64,000 nt of DNA from Alphaproteobacteria bacterium (GCA_963422645.2 CAXXVO010000014.1:288001-352000); one strand, 5' to 3'. Shown: positions 9,811 through 20,266, counted from the stretch's first letter. Numbers and translations: made by a program. The notes: generated from the sequence alone by a model not told the origin.

Positions 9811-9860
9811 ATTCGCAAAGACTTCCGGCCGCGATTCGCAAAGACTTTCGTCCGGCTACA
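9811..9860. mobile_element. right end of a Mu-like transposable prophage
   Basis: Two direct repeats ATTCGCAAAGACTT (9811-9824, 9834-9847; 23-bp period) then terminal CTACA at 9860, abutting a 5'-truncated host gene. Confidence 0.7.
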
Positions 9861-10521
9861 GAGCGCCTTCGGCGGCGAGCTGGTGGTGCACGGCGCGGAT
9901 TTCGAGGCCGCGTACGAGCATGCCCGGGCGCTCGCGGCCGAGCGGAACCTGGTCTTGGTCCCCTCCTTCGACGAGCGCCTCGTGCGCGGCGTCGGCACCT
10001 ACGCGCTGGAGCTCTTCACCGCAGCACCCGATCTCGACGCGGTCTATGTGCCGGTCGGGCTGGGCTCCGGCATCTGCGGGCTGATGGGCGTGCGCGATGC
10101 GCTCGGGCTCAAGACCGAGATCATCGGCGTGGTCGCCGAAGGCGCCAACTGCTACGCGCTCAGCTACGAGGCGAGGCGGCCGGTCTCGATCAACCGGGCC
10201 ACAACCGTGGTGGGCGACGGCATCGCGACGCGCGTGCCCTCGCCCGAGGCCCTCGACCTCATCCTCGCCGGTTGCGCGCGCATCGTCAGCGTCTCCGACG
10301 ACGAGATGCTCGACGCCATTGCCGCCTACCACGCCGACACCCACAACCTCGCCGAGGGCGCGGGTGCCTCCCCGCTCGCGGCGCTGATGCAGGAGCGGGA
10401 CACGATGGCCGACAAGAAGGTCGGGCTGATCCTCTCGGGCGGCAACGTGGACCCCGGCGTCTATGCCCGCGCGCTCGCGCGGCTCGATGCCGGCCCCGCC
10501 GCGCAGGCGGCCGCCGAATAG
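9861..10521 (+). pseudogene. threonine dehydratase-like PLP enzyme, 5' part missing
   Basis: AFGGELVVHG, VPVGLGSGICG, NLAEGAGA, LILSGGNVD; begins exactly at the Mu-like end. Confidence 0.85.
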
Positions 10522-10527
10522 AGGAGC

Positions 10528-11583
10528 TTAGGCCCGGGCCTGGCCCTGGACCCAGTCCATCAGGCGCCCGTAGAGCGCGCGGGCCTGGGCGGTGACGCCC
10601 TCCGGCACCGCCAGCACGAAGATTACGAGGATGACGCCCAAGATCAGGTTGACGTCGACGGTCTGCTGGGTGCCGAGCTCGATGGTGGCGAAGCCCAAGG
10701 CCATCGCGCCCACCAGCGGCCCCACCAGGGTGCCGAGCCCGCCGACCACCACCCAGATGATGATCTGCGCGCTGAAGCCCAGGTCGAACACGGTGGGGCT
10801 CACGTAGGAGTTCCAGTTGGCGTAGAGCACGCCCGCCAAACCTGCCACGGCACCGCCGATCCCGAAGACCGCCATCTTGTAGAGCCGCGTGTCGTAGCCG
10901 AGCAGCTCGGCCCGGAGCTCGTTCTCCCGCATCGCGGCGACCGCGCGGCCGAAGCTGGAGTACATGAGCAGGCGTAGCGCCACGTAAACCAGAATCAGGC
11001 AGATCCCGGTGATGACGAACATGTCCTCGGGCCAGATGATGCTCATGGGATTGCCCGGCGTGTTGATCGGGGGCAGCGCGGGCATGCCGTTGAAGCCGCC
11101 GAGATGGGCGGTGCCGATGGTGTATTCGTAACCCGCCGTGTGGCCCAGGAACTTGTAGAAGATCAGCGACACGACGAGCGTGATAACGGCGACATAGACC
11201 GTGCTGATGCGGCCGTAGAACATGAAGTAGCCGAGCAGGAGGGCGGCGCCGGCGGGCACGGCGACGCCGGCGGCGAGCGCGGCTGTGCTGCCCCCCATGT
11301 TGATGGAGACCACGGCATAGGTGTAGCCGCCGAGGCCGTAGAACGCGGCCTGGCCGAAGCTGAAGATACCGCCGTAACCCCAGACCCAGCCGAGGCTCAT
11401 GGCGAGGATGCCGTAGGCCATGAAGAGCGTGAGCTGGAGCAGGATGAAGATGTCGGAGACGAGCAGCGGCAGGATGACGAGGACCAGCGCGATGACCGCG
11501 ACGAGCGCGATCGGCCCGGTGAGCGCCGGTTGGAGGCGCCCGACCGTCAGGCCGTCGGCGGTGAGGCCTAGCTTCAGAGCCAT
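10528..11583 (-). CDS. branched-chain/urea/amide ABC transporter permease (LivM/UrtC-like)
   Basis: WGYGGIFSFGQAAFYG, MRENELRAELLG, VVGGLGTLVGP. Confidence 0.88.
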   Translation of the reverse strand: MALKLGLTADGLTVGRLQPALTGPIALVAVIALVLVILPLLVSDIFILLQLTLFMAYGILAMSLGWVWGYGGIFSFGQAAFYGLGGYTYAVVSINMGGSTAALAAGVAVPAGAALLLGYFMFYGRISTVYVAVITLVVSLIFYKFLGHTAGYEYTIGTAHLGGFNGMPALPPINTPGNPMSIIWPEDMFVITGICLILVYVALRLLMYSSFGRAVAAMRENELRAELLGYDTRLYKMAVFGIGGAVAGLAGVLYANWNSYVSPTVFDLGFSAQIIIWVVVGGLGTLVGPLVGAMALGFATIELGTQQTVDVNLILGVILVIFVLAVPEGVTAQARALYGRLMDWVQGQARA

Positions 11584-12440
11584 CGGCGGAAGAAGCGCCC
11601 GGTGATGCCCTGGGGCAGCAGCCTGAGCAGGATCACGGCGGCAATCAGCAGCGCGACATCGCCCATGACCGGCGTCCAGAGAAAGGTGGTCACCTGGTTG
11701 ACGGTGCCGAAGATCGCCGACGCGGACGAGGTGCCGGTGACGATGGCCTCGCCGCCCCCGATCACGGTGATGAAGGCCTTGGCGATGAAGGCCGCGCCCA
11801 TGGTGGGCAGCAGGCCGGTCACCGGCGCGAGCGCTGCGCCTGCGAGCCCGGTCAATGCGGCGCCCACGCCAAAGGTGATGGTGTAGACCCGCTGCGGGCT
11901 GATCCCGAGAGCGGCTGCCATGTCGGCGTTCTGCATCGTGCCTCGAGCAATGAGCCCTGCGCGCGAGTAGCGCAGCACGACGAAGATCACCCCGATCACG
12001 AGCACGCCAAGGAAGATGATGAAGAGCCTGTACTGGCTCTCGACGAATTCGCCGATCTCGAAGCTGCCGAGCGGCGAAACCACGCTTTCGGTCGCATTGC
12101 CGAAGATGGTCGTAATGATGCCGATGAAGAGCAGGGAGAGCCCCCAGGTCGCAATCAGGGTGTCCATCATGCGGCCATAGAGGAAGCGGACGACGAAGCG
12201 CTCGACGATGACGCCGACGATGCCGACGAAGAGCGGCGCGATCACCAGCATCGACACCCAGAAGTTGATGCCGGCCTTGGTCGAGACGACGACCGCGTAG
12301 GCGCCGAGCATCAGGAACTCGCCGTGGGCCAGGTTGATGACCCGCATCATGCCGAAAATGACCGCCAGCCCCGCGCTGATCAGCGCGAGGCTGGCGATGG
12401 TGTAGCCGATCTGGACGGCGATGATGCCGGCGAGATCCAT
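11574..12440 (-). CDS. branched-chain/urea/amide ABC transporter permease (LivH/UrtB-like)
   Basis: GLAVIFGMMRVINLAHGEF, KAFITVIGGG. Confidence 0.88.
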   Translation of the reverse strand: MDLAGIIAVQIGYTIASLALISAGLAVIFGMMRVINLAHGEFLMLGAYAVVVSTKAGINFWVSMLVIAPLFVGIVGVIVERFVVRFLYGRMMDTLIATWGLSLLFIGIITTIFGNATESVVSPLGSFEIGEFVESQYRLFIIFLGVLVIGVIFVVLRYSRAGLIARGTMQNADMAAALGISPQRVYTITFGVGAALTGLAGAALAPVTGLLPTMGAAFIAKAFITVIGGGEAIVTGTSSASAIFGTVNQVTTFLWTPVMGDVALLIAAVILLRLLPQGITGRFFRRWL

Positions 12441-12463
12441 GATCGCTAACGATCAGGTTGGGG

Positions 12464-13705
12464 TCAGTCGACCTCGATCCTGTACTGGGTCGCCTGATCC
12501 GGGTTGCTGATCAGGTCACAGACCGTGGCGGTGTCGTCCGGGTGCCGGTTCTCGGCGACCTCGACGATGTCGAAATTGCCGCCCCGGACCTCGGCGATGG
12601 CGGCGCTCATGATGGTGTGGTGGGTCGGCGGATCCATCGTCACCATGCCGCCCGGCCCCTCGACCGAGATGCCGGTCTCCAGCGCCTCGATCACCGCCAT
12701 GCGGTCGATGGAGCCGGCCTGCTCGACGGCCTTCTTCCACATGTTGACTGAGTTGTAGGTGCAGATCGCGAGCGTGCCGATCTCCGCCGCGTCGGCCCCG
12801 TAGCGTCCGCGCCAGCTCTCCAGGAAGGCCGCGTTCGCCGGCGTGTCGATGCTTTGGAAGTAGTGGTAGGAGCACATGATACCCTCGGCCTCCTCGGCCG
12901 AGACGAAGGCATTCTCCCACGGGCCGAACACGGTCGAGGCGACCGGAATCTTGTCCTGCATCCCCGCCGCCGGCCACTGCCGGTAGAAGCCGATGTGGTT
13001 GCCGCCCACCAGCGCCGAGACCACCAGGTCGGGGGCGGCCTGCTGGATCTTGGTGATGGTCGACGCGAAGTCGCCGACATCGAGGGGGAAGAACTCTTCG
13101 GCGATGACCTCGCCCCCGAAGTCTTTGGCGTACTTCTTGATCCAGTCGGCGGTGATCTGCCCGTAGATGTAGTCGGCAGCGATGGTGTAGACGGTCTTGG
13201 CGCCGAACTTTTTCATCGCGTACTGCAGCAGCGGGCCGTTGATCTGGGCCGGCGTCTCCGCATTGCAGAAGACGGTCCTGTCGCACACGCCGCCCTCGTA
13301 GAAGGTGCTGTAAAAGTAGAGCTTGCGGAAACGGTCGAAGACCGGGCGGATGGATTCGCGCGATGCGCTGGTGATGCCGCCGAAGATCACGTCGACCTGG
13401 TCGCTGGTCGACAGCCGCTGCGCGTACTGCGAGTAGTTGGCCATGGTCGACTGGGCGTCGTACTCGACGAGCTCGAGCTGCTGGCCCATGACCCCGCCGG
13501 CTGCGTTGATCTCGTTCACGGCGAAGACCAGTGCGTCGGCCATCTCGTTGCCGTAGATGCCGATCGGGCCGGTGCGGTCATGCAGCCCGCCGACCCTGAT
13601 CGTGTCCGCGCGCGCGGGGCGCACGATGATGGTCGGCGCGGCGACCACCGCCGCGCCGCCGATTCCGGCCGCCTTCAGGAACGTGCGACGATTGACTTTG
13701 CTCAT
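12464..13705 (-). CDS. Tat-exported ABC substrate-binding protein (UrtA/AmiC-like)
   Basis: MSKVNRRTFLK twin-arginine signal; FGGITSASRESIRP and FYEGG motifs. Confidence 0.88.
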   Translation of the reverse strand: MSKVNRRTFLKAAGIGGAAVVAAPTIIVRPARADTIRVGGLHDRTGPIGIYGNEMADALVFAVNEINAAGGVMGQQLELVEYDAQSTMANYSQYAQRLSTSDQVDVIFGGITSASRESIRPVFDRFRKLYFYSTFYEGGVCDRTVFCNAETPAQINGPLLQYAMKKFGAKTVYTIAADYIYGQITADWIKKYAKDFGGEVIAEEFFPLDVGDFASTITKIQQAAPDLVVSALVGGNHIGFYRQWPAAGMQDKIPVASTVFGPWENAFVSAEEAEGIMCSYHYFQSIDTPANAAFLESWRGRYGADAAEIGTLAICTYNSVNMWKKAVEQAGSIDRMAVIEALETGISVEGPGGMVTMDPPTHHTIMSAAIAEVRGGNFDIVEVAENRHPDDTATVCDLISNPDQATQYRIEVD

Positions 13706-13901
13706 CGTTATCCTCCCAGTGTCGGTGCATCCTGCCGTCCGTGCCGGACGCGGCGCGGCCGGGCGCCGGCCTCCTTGCCCGGCGCATTGCCGATGATCGT
13801 AGCCACCTTCAACCTTGGCGACAATCGGCAGCCGATCAGAGCGCGCCAAACGGACAAATCGAACAAACGCTTGCCCAAACCCGCCGAGTCCGGAATGATC
13901 C

Positions 13902-14492
13902 ATGGCTGTGGCGGAAACCGACGGGAAGCGCAGGGACAACCGCCGGGGACGCATCCTCGACGCGGCCGCGGTGGAGTTCGCGCGCTCGGGCTACAGCGCC
14001 ACCTCGGTGCGCGATATCGCCGCCGCGGCAGGCATCCTGCCCGGCTCGATGTACTACCACTTCGCCTCCAAGGAGGACCTGCTGGCGGCGGTTCACGCGG
14101 CCGGCATCCAGCGGATCAAGGAGCGCGTGCTCGCGGCCATCGAGACGGTGAACGATCCCTGGGGCAGGCTGGAGGCCGCCTGCGCCGCCCACGTCGAGAC
14201 CTTGCACCAGAGCAAGGACTACGGCTCGGTCATCGCGACCGAGTTCCCGCGCCGGCATTCGCCGAAGCTCCGCGCGCGGATGATCGAGGAGCGCGACGAT
14301 TACGAGAACATCTTTCGCGCGCTGATCGACGACCTGCCGCTGCCCGAGGGCACGAGCCGCAAGTATTTTCGGCTCGCACTGATCGGCGCAATGGCCTGGT
14401 CGATCGCCTGGTACAAGCCGGGCGAGGATTCGGCGGAGGAGATCGCGCGCCAGATCGTCAACCTGTTCCGCCCGGTGAAGGAGAAGGGATGA
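13902..14492 (+). CDS. TetR family transcriptional regulator
   Basis: ILDAAAVEFARSGYSATSVRDIAAAAGILPGSMYYHFASKEDL HTH. Confidence 0.92.
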   Translation: MAVAETDGKRRDNRRGRILDAAAVEFARSGYSATSVRDIAAAAGILPGSMYYHFASKEDLLAAVHAAGIQRIKERVLAAIETVNDPWGRLEAACAAHVETLHQSKDYGSVIATEFPRRHSPKLRARMIEERDDYENIFRALIDDLPLPEGTSRKYFRLALIGAMAWSIAWYKPGEDSAEEIARQIVNLFRPVKEKG

Positions 14493-15268
14493 GGCTCGAA
14501 GGCAAGGTCGCGGTGGTGACCGGTGCGGCCCGCGGCATCGGCGCCGCCTGCGCCCGGCGCTTCGCTGCCGAAGGTGCTGCGGTCGTCATCGGCGACATCC
14601 TCGAAGAGCTGGGCGAAGCGACCGCGCAGTCGATCCGCGACGCCGGCGCTACCGCCGCCTTCGTCGCCTGCGACACCGGCGAGGGCCCGCAGGCGCGCGC
14701 GCTGATCGCAGAGACGGTCTCGCGCCACGGGCGCATCGACGTGCTGGTGAACAACGCCGGCATCTTCACCATCGCGGACTTCCTCGACGTGACCGAGGAG
14801 GACTTCGACCGGGTGCTGCGCGTCAACCTTCGGGGCTACTTCCTGGTGGGTCAGGCGGCGGCGCGGGTGATGGCGGATGCAGGCTCGGGCAGCATCATCA
14901 ACATGTCGTCCGTCAATGGGGTAATGGCGATCGATTCGATCGCTGCCTATGTGGTCAGTAAGGGCGGGGTGAACCAGCTCACCTCGGTCATGTCGCTTGC
15001 GCTGGCGCCTCGCGGCGTCCGCGTGAACGCGATCGGCCCGGGCACGATCCTCACCGAGCTGTCGGGCTCGCTGCTCACCGACGAGGCGGCGCGGCGTCGG
15101 GTGCTCTCCCGCACCCCCATGGGCCGTGTCGGCCAGCCGGAGGAGATCGCCGGTATCGCGGTCTTTCTCGCGAGCGACGATTCGTCTTACGTCACAGGGC
15201 AGGTAATATACGCAGACGGCGGTCGCATGAGGCTCAACTACACCATGCCGGTGGAGGGCGACGGATAG
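14489..15268 (+). CDS. SDR family oxidoreductase
   Basis: TGAARGIG, NNAG, YVVSK; ATGA overlap with the tetR stop. Confidence 0.92.
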   Translation: MRLEGKVAVVTGAARGIGAACARRFAAEGAAVVIGDILEELGEATAQSIRDAGATAAFVACDTGEGPQARALIAETVSRHGRIDVLVNNAGIFTIADFLDVTEEDFDRVLRVNLRGYFLVGQAAARVMADAGSGSIINMSSVNGVMAIDSIAAYVVSKGGVNQLTSVMSLALAPRGVRVNAIGPGTILTELSGSLLTDEAARRRVLSRTPMGRVGQPEEIAGIAVFLASDDSSYVTGQVIYADGGRMRLNYTMPVEGDG

Positions 15269-15279
15269 GGAGAGCGGCC

Positions 15280-16017
15280 ATGGCGGACGAGCGGAGAACG
15301 CTGATTCTCACCGGCGCGAGCCAGGGGATCGGTCACGCGACGGTCAAGCGCTTCAGCGCGGCCGGCTGGCGGGTCATCACAGCCTCGCGCCGGGCCTTCT
15401 CGGAGGATTGCCCGTGGGAGGCCGGACCCGAGGACCACATCCGGATCGACCTCTCTGACCCGGAGGACGTGCGTCACGGCATCGAGGAGATGCGCGCCCG
15501 CCTCAATGGCGCACCGCTGAGCGCGCTCGTCAACAACGCGGGCATCTCGCCCAAGGGCGGGGACGGCATACGGCTGGACAGCCAGAACACCGATCTCGAC
15601 GTCTGGCGCGAAGTCTTCCAGGTCAACTTTTTCGCGCCGCTGGCGCTGGCGCGCGGTCTCTTCGAGGAGCTGAAGCAAGGCCAGGGCAGCGTCGTCAACG
15701 TGACATCGATCGCGGGCGGCCGGGTCCACCGCTTCGCGGGCAGCGCTTATGCGACCTCGAAGGCGGCGCTGGCGTCGCTCACCCGCGAGATGGCGGCTGA
15801 TTTCGGCCCGCTCGGGATCCGCGTCAACGCCATCGCGCCGGGGGAGATCGACACGCCCATCCTCTCGCCCCAGGCCAACGACCTGCTGCCGGCCATTCCG
15901 ATGGCACGCCTCGGCAAGCCCTCCGAGGTGGCGTCGGCGATCTACTTCCTCTGCTCGGATACCGCCGCCTACATCACCGGCGGCGAGCTGCACGTTAACG
16001 GCGGCCAGCACGTGTAG
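15280..16017 (+). CDS. SDR family oxidoreductase
   Basis: TGASQGIG, NNAG, YATSK. Confidence 0.92.
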   Translation: MADERRTLILTGASQGIGHATVKRFSAAGWRVITASRRAFSEDCPWEAGPEDHIRIDLSDPEDVRHGIEEMRARLNGAPLSALVNNAGISPKGGDGIRLDSQNTDLDVWREVFQVNFFAPLALARGLFEELKQGQGSVVNVTSIAGGRVHRFAGSAYATSKAALASLTREMAADFGPLGIRVNAIAPGEIDTPILSPQANDLLPAIPMARLGKPSEVASAIYFLCSDTAAYITGGELHVNGGQHV

Positions 16018-16021
16018 CGGT

Positions 16022-16056
16022 CAAAAAGAACTGCGGCGCCTCGAAAGGCGCCGCAG
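16022..16056 (-). terminator. rho-independent terminator between convergent genes
   Basis: Perfect 11-bp stem CTGCGGCGCCT-CGAA-AGGCGCCGCAG followed by TTCTTTTT on the minus strand. Confidence 0.8.
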
Positions 16057-16719
16057 CAATCGTGACAGCTTTGTCTACGCGGTCTGGAACTCGTTCCAGC
16101 GTTTCACGACGAGGATGTTCTCGTCCATGATCGAGTTCCACACGGCGACCCGGCCCATGCGGTTCGCGAACGAGCCGCCGTCGCGGACGTGGCCGGGCTG
16201 CTCCATGACGTTGCCGAAGGGATCCTTGACCTCGCCTTCCGCCGGCTTGCCCTCGTACCAGTAATCCCACTCCCAGGGCTCCATGAACCCGCGCGAGTTC
16301 TCGGGCGTGCACATGTAGTAGCCCTGCTTGGAGAAGTAGGCGCCCGCCGGGCCCGAGTGGTACCAGTTGAAGTAGTCGTAGAGGGCGCCGAGCTTCTTGC
16401 CCTCGACGTGGCGCGGGATCATCGCGCCGAGCGCCCAGGCCCGGTAGCCTTCCTTGAGGTCGAGGTAGATGCAGGGCACGCCGCGTGCGCGCACCGCCGC
16501 CACCGCCGGCGACCACATGGACTGCAGCACCACCTCGCCAGAGGTCATCAGATTGACGGAATCGTTGAAGGTGCTCCAGAAGGCGCGGAAGTGCCCGTCC
16601 TTCTTGTAACTGCCCAGGTCGTCTGATTTGTCATTTTGGGCCAGTGGATTGAGGCGTTTCTCGTTCGGAGTTGGTGGAAAGGGCTTGACGGGAATTTCGG
16701 GAAATGACTCAACAACGAC

Positions 16720-18227
16720 ATGAGCAATCCCGAGTCGCCGCGCGGCCCTTCGACGGGAGCAGCGCCCGAAACGCCCGCGCAGAAGATCGCCCGCCTGGAG
16801 GAGGAGAACGCCCGGCTTCGGGAGGAAAATGCCTGGCTTCGGCAGCAGAACGCGCGGCTGGAAGAGCAAGTCGCGCGTCTCGTCGAGCGCATCGAGGAGT
16901 TGGAGCGCCGTCTCGGCCTCAACAGCGGCAACAGCGGCAAGCCGCCTTCGAGCGATGGGCTGAGGAAGCCGAATTCGAAGCGGCGAACCCGAAGCCTGCG
17001 CGGCAAATCGGGCCGCAAGCCCGGTGGCCAGCCCGGCCACAAGGGCAAGACGCTGCGCCGCGCCGATCACCCGGATCGGGTGAAGGATCACGTCCCGGCT
17101 TCCTGCAAGGGATGCGGTTCGCCGCTTTCGGACGCGGCCAGGGCGGGAACGCCCGTCGCCCGCCAGGTGTTCGATCTGCCCGAGCCGAGCCCCCTGGAGG
17201 TGACCGAGCACCGGGCGCATGCCAAGTGCTGCGGGCATTGCGGGACGGTGACCCGGGCGGCGTTCCCCGACGGGGTGTCGGCGCCGGTGCAGTACGGCCC
17301 GCGCATTGCCGGGGTGGCGGTCTACCTTCAGCACGCTCACTTCCTGCCGGAGGATCGGCTGTCGCAGGTGATGGCCGAGCTCTTCGGCGCGCCGGTGACG
17401 GCTGCGACGTTGGCGACGATGAGCGAGAGGGCGGCCGAGCGGCTGTGCGGGACGCGGCCTTGCACATACAGGACCTGGCGGCGGGCACGGCGCGGGTGAA
17501 ACACATGGACGAGACCGGCTTGCGGATCGGCGGTCAGACGCAGTGGCTTCATGTGATCTGCACGCCGCTGCTGGCGGCGTACCGGGTCAGCGGCAAGCGC
17601 GGCGCCCTGCTCTCGGGTGTCTCCGGCATCGTCGTGCACGATCACTGGAAGCCGTACTTCGCGATGGAAGGGGTGGAGCACGGCCTGTGCAACGCCCATC
17701 ACCTGCGGGAGTTGCAGGCGCTGGTGGACATCGAAGGGGAGGCTTGGGCCCGGCGGATGCAGCAGCTCCTGCGCCGAGCCAATCGCGCCGCCCGCATCGC
17801 GCTGGACAAGGATATCGCCGTTCCGGCGAGGCTTGTGGCGCTGATCGAGCGCCGATACGACGAGATCATCGCCGATGCGCTGGCCTTTCACGAGAGCCAA
17901 CCACCGTTCTCGCCTGGCAAGAGGAAGAAGCGCCGGAAGCGAAGGATCGGTCACAATCCGGCCTTGAGGCTGCGCGACCACAAATGCGCGGTGCTCCGGT
18001 TCCTGATCGACCTCGAGGTCGGGTTCACGAACAACGAGGCCGAGCGCGACCTTCGGATGATGAAGCTGCGCCAGAAGATCTCCGGGGGCTTCCGGTCCGC
18101 GCAGGGGGCCGAGAACTTCGCCATCCTGCGCAGCGTCATCACCACCGCCAGAAAGCAGGGCTGGAATATCATCGAAGCCCTGACCAGCCCATCGGATCGG
18201 CTCATCGCCACCGTCAAGTGCGCGTAA
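16720..18227 (+). pseudogene. IS66 transposase with a +2 frameshift near 17445
   Basis: Leucine zipper, NSGKPPSSDG, zinc finger, HMDETG, CNAHHLREL, TNNEAERDLR; the copy at 52472-53200 shows the intact reading. Confidence 0.88.
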
Positions 18228-18269
18228 GCTCACCTGGCACGGGTTCTCCAACAGCGGAGCCATTCTCAT

Positions 18270-18479
18270 AAACGATCATGGTCGACGCCGTGCTGGACCA
18301 CCCCATAGAATGAAAATCGGTGCCCGTCGCGCGGGCGGACTTCGGGCCACATCGGGGTAGCTTACCGGTCGCAGTCCGCAAGAGGGGCATCGTGAGCTGT
18401 GAAACCCGGCGACCCCAGAGGAGCACACGGGCGTCGCGTGGGTAGCGTTGTGCCGAATCCCAGAGAATTTTCACAGCAA
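18270..18479 (+). mobile_element. non-autonomous mini-IS110 (ends only)
   Basis: 18270-18315 matches the IS110 left end 29052-29097 at 35/46 ungapped; 18340-18367 matches 30694-30721 at 23/28; ends TTTCACAGCAA vs TTTCACGGCAA. Confidence 0.75.
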
Positions 18480-19516
18480 GAACCTGGGCAGTTACTCCTT
18501 CTTGAGCTGGATCAGCCGGTCGAAGGTGTAGTTGATCTCGTCGACCGTCATGTTGCCCTTGTCGCTGTACTCGAGCTCGCCGTTGGCCTCGAGCGCCATG
18601 GCGATATCCATGATGCCGATGCCCGGGAAGTTCTGCAGCGCCGTCCTGCCGCTGAACTCGGGGTTGACGAACTCGGCCCAGGTCTCGATCGGGCGGCCGA
18701 TCTTTTCCGGCTGCGCGCCGAGGGTATCGGCGTTGAAGGTACCGGGCACGATGGTCATCCATTGGCTGGACTCCGGCTCGACGAAGTCCCTGCCTTCGAT
18801 GGCTGAGGTCCAGCAGTAGCGAGACGGGTTCATGCCGTCCCCGTACCAGGCGTCGGCATGGATCTTGCCGCTCTTCTTGAAGATCCCGAGCAGCTGGTCG
18901 AAATGCTCCAGCCTCGTGACGTCGATCGCCTGCATGTTCCCGCTCGGGAAGATCTGCGGGAACTGCTCGAGATCCGGCTCGAAGAGGTCGGCCGATCTCG
19001 GCTGAGTGATGGCGCGCTGGCCGATGGTGTTGAGGTCTACCGCCGACATGTTGAACTGGAAGCCGAGCGCCTCTTCGGCCATCGCCTCGTAGGCGCTGGA
19101 GATCGTCACCGCCGTGCCGATCATGTTGATCTCGATGTCCTGGATGTCCTGCGACCAGACGGTCGGGAATCCGCCGATGCTCGCGCCGGCCGCCACGCCG
19201 GCAACCGCTGCCGAGCCCTTGAGCACGGACCGCCTGGAAATTCCTGTCTTCTTGAGATCCGCCATGAGCTTGCTCCTCCCCATTGTTGCGTTCTTGTCGC
19301 ACCGCAAGCGACGCGATCGGGAAGGAGCCGACGAGCAGGGCGCCCGTCGGCGCCGCCCGTCGCGTCGGAGCAGCACCTCTCCACGCCTAAGTGACTCGCC
19401 CGGAAGTATGCGGCGCTGCGCCAGGTGGCGCAAGCGCGGCACGGGGCCACCCGGCGGCTGTCGATCCCCGAGCCGGAGCGTCAACCGCGCCCGACCCTCA
19501 AGCCGGGATCACTCGC

Positions 19517-19819
19517 TCAGCCAGCGTGCGAGTCGAGCGTGGGGATCCCGGAGACATCGACCGTGCGCTCCGCGAGCGCGAGATCGCGGGCTCTCTGCAG
19601 ATTGAGCCAGAAAGCCGCGCCATTGCCGAACAGCTTGCCAAAGCGAACCGCCATCTCGGCCGTGACAGGCTGCTTCTCGCTGATGATGTCGTAGAGCGTC
19701 TGCCGGGAAATCCCGAGAGCGCCGGCAACGGCCGTCTTGGTCATGCCGAGCGCCGGCAGGACATCCTCCCGGAGAATTTCCCCCGGATGTGCGGGGATCA
19801 GGGACGGGTGTCTCTTCAT
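19517..19819 (-). CDS. higA: HigA family antitoxin
   Basis: HPGEILRED...VTAEMAVRFGKLFGNGAAFWLNLQ. Confidence 0.92.
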   Translation of the reverse strand: MKRHPSLIPAHPGEILREDVLPALGMTKTAVAGALGISRQTLYDIISEKQPVTAEMAVRFGKLFGNGAAFWLNLQRARDLALAERTVDVSGIPTLDSHAG

Positions 19820-20097
19820 CAGTGATAGTCCTCAATGTCTACGGTGATGGCACCATCGTCGTCCCACCCGAACGTTACGCGGACATTAGCCGTCAGGCGG
19901 ACGGAATAGCGGCCGGCACGATTACCGCTCAGTGAATGGAAATGCGATCCGGGATAGTTCATGTCCTCTGGTCTGTCGGAGGCATCGAGCGCTGAAAGGA
20001 TTCGGTGCAACTTCCCGATCCACTGGGCGTTCAGGCCCTTCGTCTGCCCCTTGGTCCAGTACTGTCGCAGCGCCTTGTGTCGAATGCTGCCGATCAC
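19819..20097 (-). CDS. higB: HigB/RelE-like toxin
   Basis: VIGSIRHKALRQYW...HSLSGNRAGRYSVRLTANVRVTF...DYH; TGATG overlap with higA. Confidence 0.9.
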   Translation of the reverse strand: MIGSIRHKALRQYWTKGQTKGLNAQWIGKLHRILSALDASDRPEDMNYPGSHFHSLSGNRAGRYSVRLTANVRVTFGWDDDGAITVDIEDYH

Positions 20098-20266
20098 CAC
20101 TGCAGCGTGATTGAGCCGGGCGTTATTGTCAAGTGTCGCCTTACAGATCTCGTCGCTCTGGATGCGACACTGCCGCAATCCGCTCGGCTGCAACGGTCAC
20201 TTGAGAGGCAGACCCGGCAGAATGCCCACAAGCTGCGACCGTGCGCTCGAACGCTCAGCGGAAGCG

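Larger units (their letters stand above)
16606..18495 (+). mobile_element. IS66 family element A (single-ORF, ISBst12-like), complete
   Basis: Terminal IRs GTAACTGCCCAGGT/ACCTGGGCAGTTAC; 8-bp TSD TCCTTCTT at 16598-16605 and 18496-18503. Confidence 0.95.
16075..19265 (-). pseudogene. Tat-exported ABC substrate-binding protein (PotD/PotF-like) interrupted by IS66-A
   Basis: MADLKKTGISRRSVLKG 5' part (18496..19265) and KKDGHFRAFWSTF 3' part (16075..16605) rejoin across the 8-bp TSD. Confidence 0.88.

Noticed and set aside
7547-10521. Long ORFs 7547..9688 (713 aa) and 8665..10521 (618 aa) as single genes
   Set aside because: GC-rich read-through across element junctions; only their 3' parts encode recognisable proteins
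17431-17460. Programmed frameshift in the IS66-A transposase
   Set aside because: No slippery motif; the copies carry different indels and one copy is in frame
18340-18367. CCACATCGGGG motif as an HDV-like ribozyme
   Set aside because: Could not build the nested double pseudoknot; better explained as IS110 right-end homology
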